A stretch of 36,087 nt of DNA, from the NCBI RefSeq assembly GCF_001194135.2, contig NC_068991.1:53022574-53058660 (forward strand), written 5' to 3'. The position numbers were made by a program, and so were the translations under genes. The notes below the pieces were generated by a model, which made no database searches, was not told where the DNA came from, and saw only the letters and a program-made list of their open reading frames with translations. The DNA is from Octopus bimaculoides. Its lineage: Eukaryota. Shown one piece after another: positions 31,371-36,087 of the stretch; position 1 is the first letter of the stretch, and each line of letters begins with the position of its first letter.

Positions 31371-32692
31371 TTCTAATGTTGCTGTAAAAGTATTTGGGGC
31401 TTATTACTTTAAAACCATTAGAAATAATGAATATATTTAACAAGCGAACAATAGTGATTTCGACCTTGTTGCACTGAAGCTGAATAAATAAGTGATTGAA
31501 AATGCGGTCCATCAGTTATGAAACACGCATCTTGTTATGTTATACCAAAGTGGATTTAGATCAAGGCTAGAAATATTTTCTTTTGCAGAATTAATTCACA
31601 TTACTATTCCATGATGGCTTGCATAAAGAAATAAATTCTTCAGTCTATATTAAAATTTTTTTTTTTTTTCAGTTTATAATAAATGGATGGGACGGGAGAA
31701 GAAATCGTGCGTGTATATGTGTTGTGTGTGTGAATGTGCGTGCGTGTGTGTATGTCTGTGAGCGTGTATCTGAGTATGTAAATATGTGTTTACGTGTGTG
31801 AATGTGCGTGTGTGTGTATGTGCGTGTCTGTTTGTGAGCACGTATGTTTGTCATGCGTTCGTGCGTATGTGAGTGTATTTGAATATGAATGAATGTGTGT
31901 GTGTGCGTATACCTGTGTACGCTCCTAAAAATATAAACCCACTGGATCGTAAACAAATTGTTTCTTTCTAACAAATATAGTTTTATTTTATAGTTACCAA
32001 TATACTTTATTTTTATAATATTTTAATCGATATTATGATAAAAAAAATACCGAAGATTGTCTTGGAAAACTCGGCAAAAGATGTCAATACCATGTCTGTT
32101 AAAATGACAGGGTGAGGTTAGAGCAGAAAAGAAAAAAATACACATTCAAAGCAAAAATATTCAATTTCAAAGCCAAAGTGAATGAAAATAGAGCATAACA
32201 AGACGTGCAATTTTTTAGAGAGGTGCAGTAAAGTAAAAAATATTTGTAGGCCATGTAAAAACTGCAATGCGACAGTTGAAAGTGCAATGTCAGAGAATGG
32301 CGGGAGAGAGGGAGAGCAAGAGGGTAAGAGTGTAAAAGAAAGAGGGGAGAGGCAATGAAAGAGAGAGAAGGGTGAGGGTAAGAGTGAGAGAGAGAGAGAG
32401 AGAGAATAAATTAAAGAGAGAAAAAGTAAGAAAGAAAGAGGGGGCACGGAAAGAGAGGAATATACAGATATACCGATAAACAGAAAGCACGAGCGGCCTC
32501 TTGAGCTTAAAACAGTCAACACTCCCTCCCTGTCTTGTTCTTTATACAAGCCCTCGCCTGCACACAAACACGCTCTCTCTCTTTCTCTTTTGTTCGCCCC
32601 CTCTCTCTCTCACACACACGTGTATATTGTGCGAAAGTGTTTGCATGTGTGTGTGTGTGTGAGTGCGCGCGTGTGTAATTACTATTATTATT

Positions 32693-33510
32693 GGCCGCCG
32701 GTTTCGGTCCCGTTTTCCGTGGCTGGATCACCACAATGTACAGTGACATCTGATATTTTGGGTGAATAGTTTCCCATCGGAACCATTCATTATCATCACT
32801 CAGTTTGTCAAGGTTATCCCCTCTTCTCTCGGCTTTAGAGCCACTATTGCGGAAACTGGAGGCGTTGAGAGGCATCCTGCACGAATTAGAAAGTGGGAGA
32901 ACCGTGTCGGCATATGCAGATGACTTCACTGTCATAATGTTGAACATTTGACACAAGAAACGTCAGTGGGCCTGCATTTCGACACCTGNNNNNNNNNNAG
33001 TCCATGCCATACAATACTGTTGTCGGATGCTAGACGGAGGGACTGGTTAAATTGCTTTGGGTGTGGTTTGCTCCAAATTTCCAGGTGTAAAAGAACTGGG
33101 TCCAGATGACAAGCAGGGTGGACAATTTCACCTGGAGGTGAGCTGGGAGAAAGCTTCCCTGAACGGTCAGGCAGTTGTGACAAATGCTTACATCGCCTCC
33201 ATTATATATTACCACCTGACTGTTGTGCCTTGCCTCAGTTTACATCTGACCAAATTGAAGAGCCATACTCTTCCACTTTCTGTGGTAGGGACATGTTCCA
33301 TTGTCAGGTACTCCATTTACTGAATGGAGGGCTGGACATGCAGTGGCTGCTGATGGGCAGACATGCACTGAAGCTACGACATCTACAGTGCTTCCTTGAT
33401 GGTGAGGAGATGCATCCTTCAAAACTTCCATGCTTCCTGAGATTTGCCAACACTACACCTGATTTTCTCCTCTCCATACACATGCAAGCATGTATCTGAC
33501 ACATACACTG
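32693..33510 (+). mobile_element. L1/Tx1-clade LINE RT relic
   Basis: GFGPVFRGWITTMYSDI; SVCQGYP; LSPLLSALEPLLRKL...SAYADDFTV; later AVVTNAYIASIIYYHLTVVP and NGGLDMQWL...RHALKLRHL. Frameshifted, with an N gap at 32989-32998. Confidence 0.85.
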
Positions 33511-33569
33511 TTCACTTTCCAGACATTTGTACATTAGTGCATATACTTTATACAAACTTTTGACAAGTT

Positions 33570-34990
33570 ATAGTGCACCTGAGCACTGTATACAATAAAT
33601 TCACTATTATTATTAGTGGATTAATGGTTTGGCACCCAGGTTTGTCTGTTAGTCTACCTGTAATTCTGCTATATCTCTTATGGAGTTTATACCTACACCT
33701 TTTTTGCATATCAAGTAAGGTCATTTCCCTGAATATGCCAAAGTCCTGTCTTCTTTCCTATAAATTAAAACTTTTGTGTTTACTTATTTTACCTTGTGGT
33801 TTCCTAATTTTAGGTTTAGCTCCTCTGCCTGGAACTTCCTCTCTAATTCTCCTATAGAATCATCTACAAGAACTTGATCATCAGTGATAGGAGTTTCCAT
33901 GGACAGCCAGTCTCATACTCCTCTTGCAGTACTATGACGAATAGAAGGGGACTGAGGACAGAGCCTTGGTGGATTCCAACCCTTATGTTCTTCACTGAAG
34001 TCATTTTTGATTCTTGTTTTACTTATTGTATCTTTGTACATGTCTTGTACAACTCTCTCAAGCCATTTATCAACACCTAATTTCCTGAGTACCCACCAGA
34101 TTATTGTACATACCCTTCCATATGCCCATATGCCTTCTTTGGGTCAATGAAGATCAGGAGTAATGGTTTACTTTTAGCCAAGTATTTTTTCTGCAGCTGT
34201 CTCTCTAGGAAGATTGCATTCATAGTACCTCTTTGAGGCACTAAACCAAACTTGGCTTCATCCTGGTCTATCTAGTCACAAATCAATTGGTCTATGTGAC
34301 CTTCACAACTTGATCCAGTAATTTTATTTCTGTATAACTGCTTCTCTCTAAGGCATCACCTTTGCTTTTGCAGCAGTTTATGATCATACTGCTACACCAC
34401 TCATTGGGTATGATATCTTGAATAACTTGATTAATTATCTAAGCAGTAATCCTGAACCCTACCTCATTGGATATTTTGAGCAGCTCCACAATTATGCCTG
34501 GTGGACTGGCAGCCTACCCTCCTTTCATGTCCTTGATCACTTTAACATCTATACTACTGTCAATTTGAATTGCTAGCCCTTCTGTAGGTTCAGCGTTAGT
34601 TAGCTCCTCTTTATCCCATGCATTCTCCACATTCAACAGCCACTTATAATAGCACTTCCATGCCACCTTCTTGTCTTCCATACTAATGACAAGTATGCCC
34701 TCATTCCAAATACATTTCTCACCAATTACACCTTGGTTCTCTCTTACACTCAGACTCACAATCCTAATCTCTTCATGTCTCTGATCCTCACGTTGCAAGA
34801 CATGTGAAATCTCTTCCTTTCTGCCTCATCCTTAGCCAAATATATCTGTTTCCACACTCACTTCTAGCCATTTGGTAATTTTCCCTACTATCACCTTCCT
34901 TCCAGGTTTTCCATGCCTGTCTCTTAGTCTTTACTACTTTGTCAACTGTATCATTCCACCACCATGTGACTTTCAACTCGGTCAGGACTT
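33570..34990 (-). mobile_element. RTE-clade LINE relic (EN-RT linker and RT core)
   Basis: KVTWWWNDTVDKVVKTKRQAWK; AWKCYYKWLLNVENAWD; GIHQGSVLSPLLFVIVLQ...GCPWKLL, then a disrupted YADD. Many stops and deletions. Confidence 0.88.
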
Positions 34991-34994
34991 AGTT

Positions 34995-35180
34995 CCATCC
35001 ATGTTCATGAGAACTTCTATATGCCAAAGATCTGGTTCTCATAGAGGGGAATTAGAAAAGGAATACTAAGTATAGAAGTAAACTTAGGATCAAAAGACCT
35101 CAGGGTAAAATCAGTAAAGACTAAGGTTTTAGTAAGTAGAAAAGAAGACAGGGTCTTAGTATGTTCAGGGAAATGGAGAG
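34995..35180 (+). mobile_element. Second RTE RT fragment, head-to-head with the previous element
   Basis: ELLYAKDLVLI...KTKVLVSRKEDRVLVCSGKW; homologous to 33730-33900 but diverged. Confidence 0.7.
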
Positions 35181-35269
35181 GTTGGAAGCAGAAAATTAAG
35201 TAGCACAATCACTTTGAATCACAAAAATAACCATTCTTAAAGACTTGCATTGAAGTAAACATAGAAGAA

Positions 35270-35456
35270 CATACCTATACAAATGTGCCCCCATTGATTT
35301 TGTTTCCTCATAACTTCCAGAAAAATGGATATTTTTTCATGAAATTTTTTTGCGAAAATGCTTCAGATGATGTAGATTCTGGTTACATTGGAATTTCTGG
35401 ACATTATGGGGGAAACAAATTCAAGGGTGGGGGCGCATTTGTAGAGGAAATACGTA
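35270..35456. mobile_element. pogo/Tigger-like MITE
   Basis: Inverted ends TACAAATGTGCCCCC / GGGGGCGCATTTGTA. Confidence 0.55.
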
Positions 35457-35817
35457 CAAGAATAAGTATAAACTTTTTGGTTTTATTTGAATGACCATCC
35501 TGTTTATCTTTGACACAATATGGCTAGTTTTCTTGTTGACGCACATGCTCAAGAGCTGTTGATCTATGTTAATCATTACATCAAATCTATGGTAATAAAT
35601 AAATAAATAATGCCCAAGCTTTTAATGCCAGGAGCTGATTGAGGACTTGACCTAATTTTATGTTTATTTGTACACATTGTTCCTATTGTAGATTTTACAA
35701 GTTTTAAAAATATTTTTAATATGACTGATTTTAAAACCTCTTCAACACATTAAGTTTAACACAAAATGTAAATGACATAGGATATTTTCACTTATTCAAT
35801 AGAAACGAATAAAAGAA

Positions 35818-35831
35818 TACACACATACACG

Positions 35832-35900
<69 letters not shown>

Positions 35901-35910
35901 GTATATATGT
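35818..35910. repeat. (CA)n-(TA)n compound microsatellite
   Basis: Direct reading. Confidence 0.95.
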
Positions 35911-36087
35911 GCGTATATACAACCTTCAACAAAGTAACTGTCATGTATACAACTTGAACTGACGCACATATCAGTACATAAACATACGTTCACATGTACA
36001 TACATATGCACACACACACACACACACAAACACGTCTACACACTTACCCTATTACTCACTTACATCCATAAGTACTTACGTACATAC

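Noticed and set aside
32516-32956. 146-aa minus-strand ORF
   Set aside because: Antisense of the L1/Tx1 RT relic plus simple repeats.

Overview
Eukaryotic, AT-rich, repeat-dominated draft-assembly window with five N gaps. The SINE families, RTE tails ending in (GAT)n and the microsatellite density point to a coleoid cephalopod, most likely Octopus (inference, no database search). No complete protein-coding gene can be supported. Almost all ORFs in the supplied track are microsatellite, N-gap or antisense artefacts, and only a few short candidate exons remain. Recognisable content: many tRNA-derived SINE copies (three or four families), decayed RTE-clade and L1/Tx1-clade LINE fragments (one with a 5' inversion), a Penelope-like element relic (RT thumb, Asn-rich linker, GIY-YIG), a DD37D Tc1/mariner relic, and hAT-, piggyBac- and pogo-like MITEs. 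The strongest unexplained signal is a set of type I hammerhead ribozyme (HHR) motifs from several unrelated repeat families, found by reading the sequence: one near-intact copy (195-278), two in a non-coding ~360-bp tandem repeat resembling a retrozyme (19840-19884, 20205-20249), one in the tail of a tRNA-headed SINE (6017-6060), one truncated at the axis of a fold-back palindrome (1509-1650) and one degenerate relic (1922-1957). Ribozyme activity and novelty are untested.
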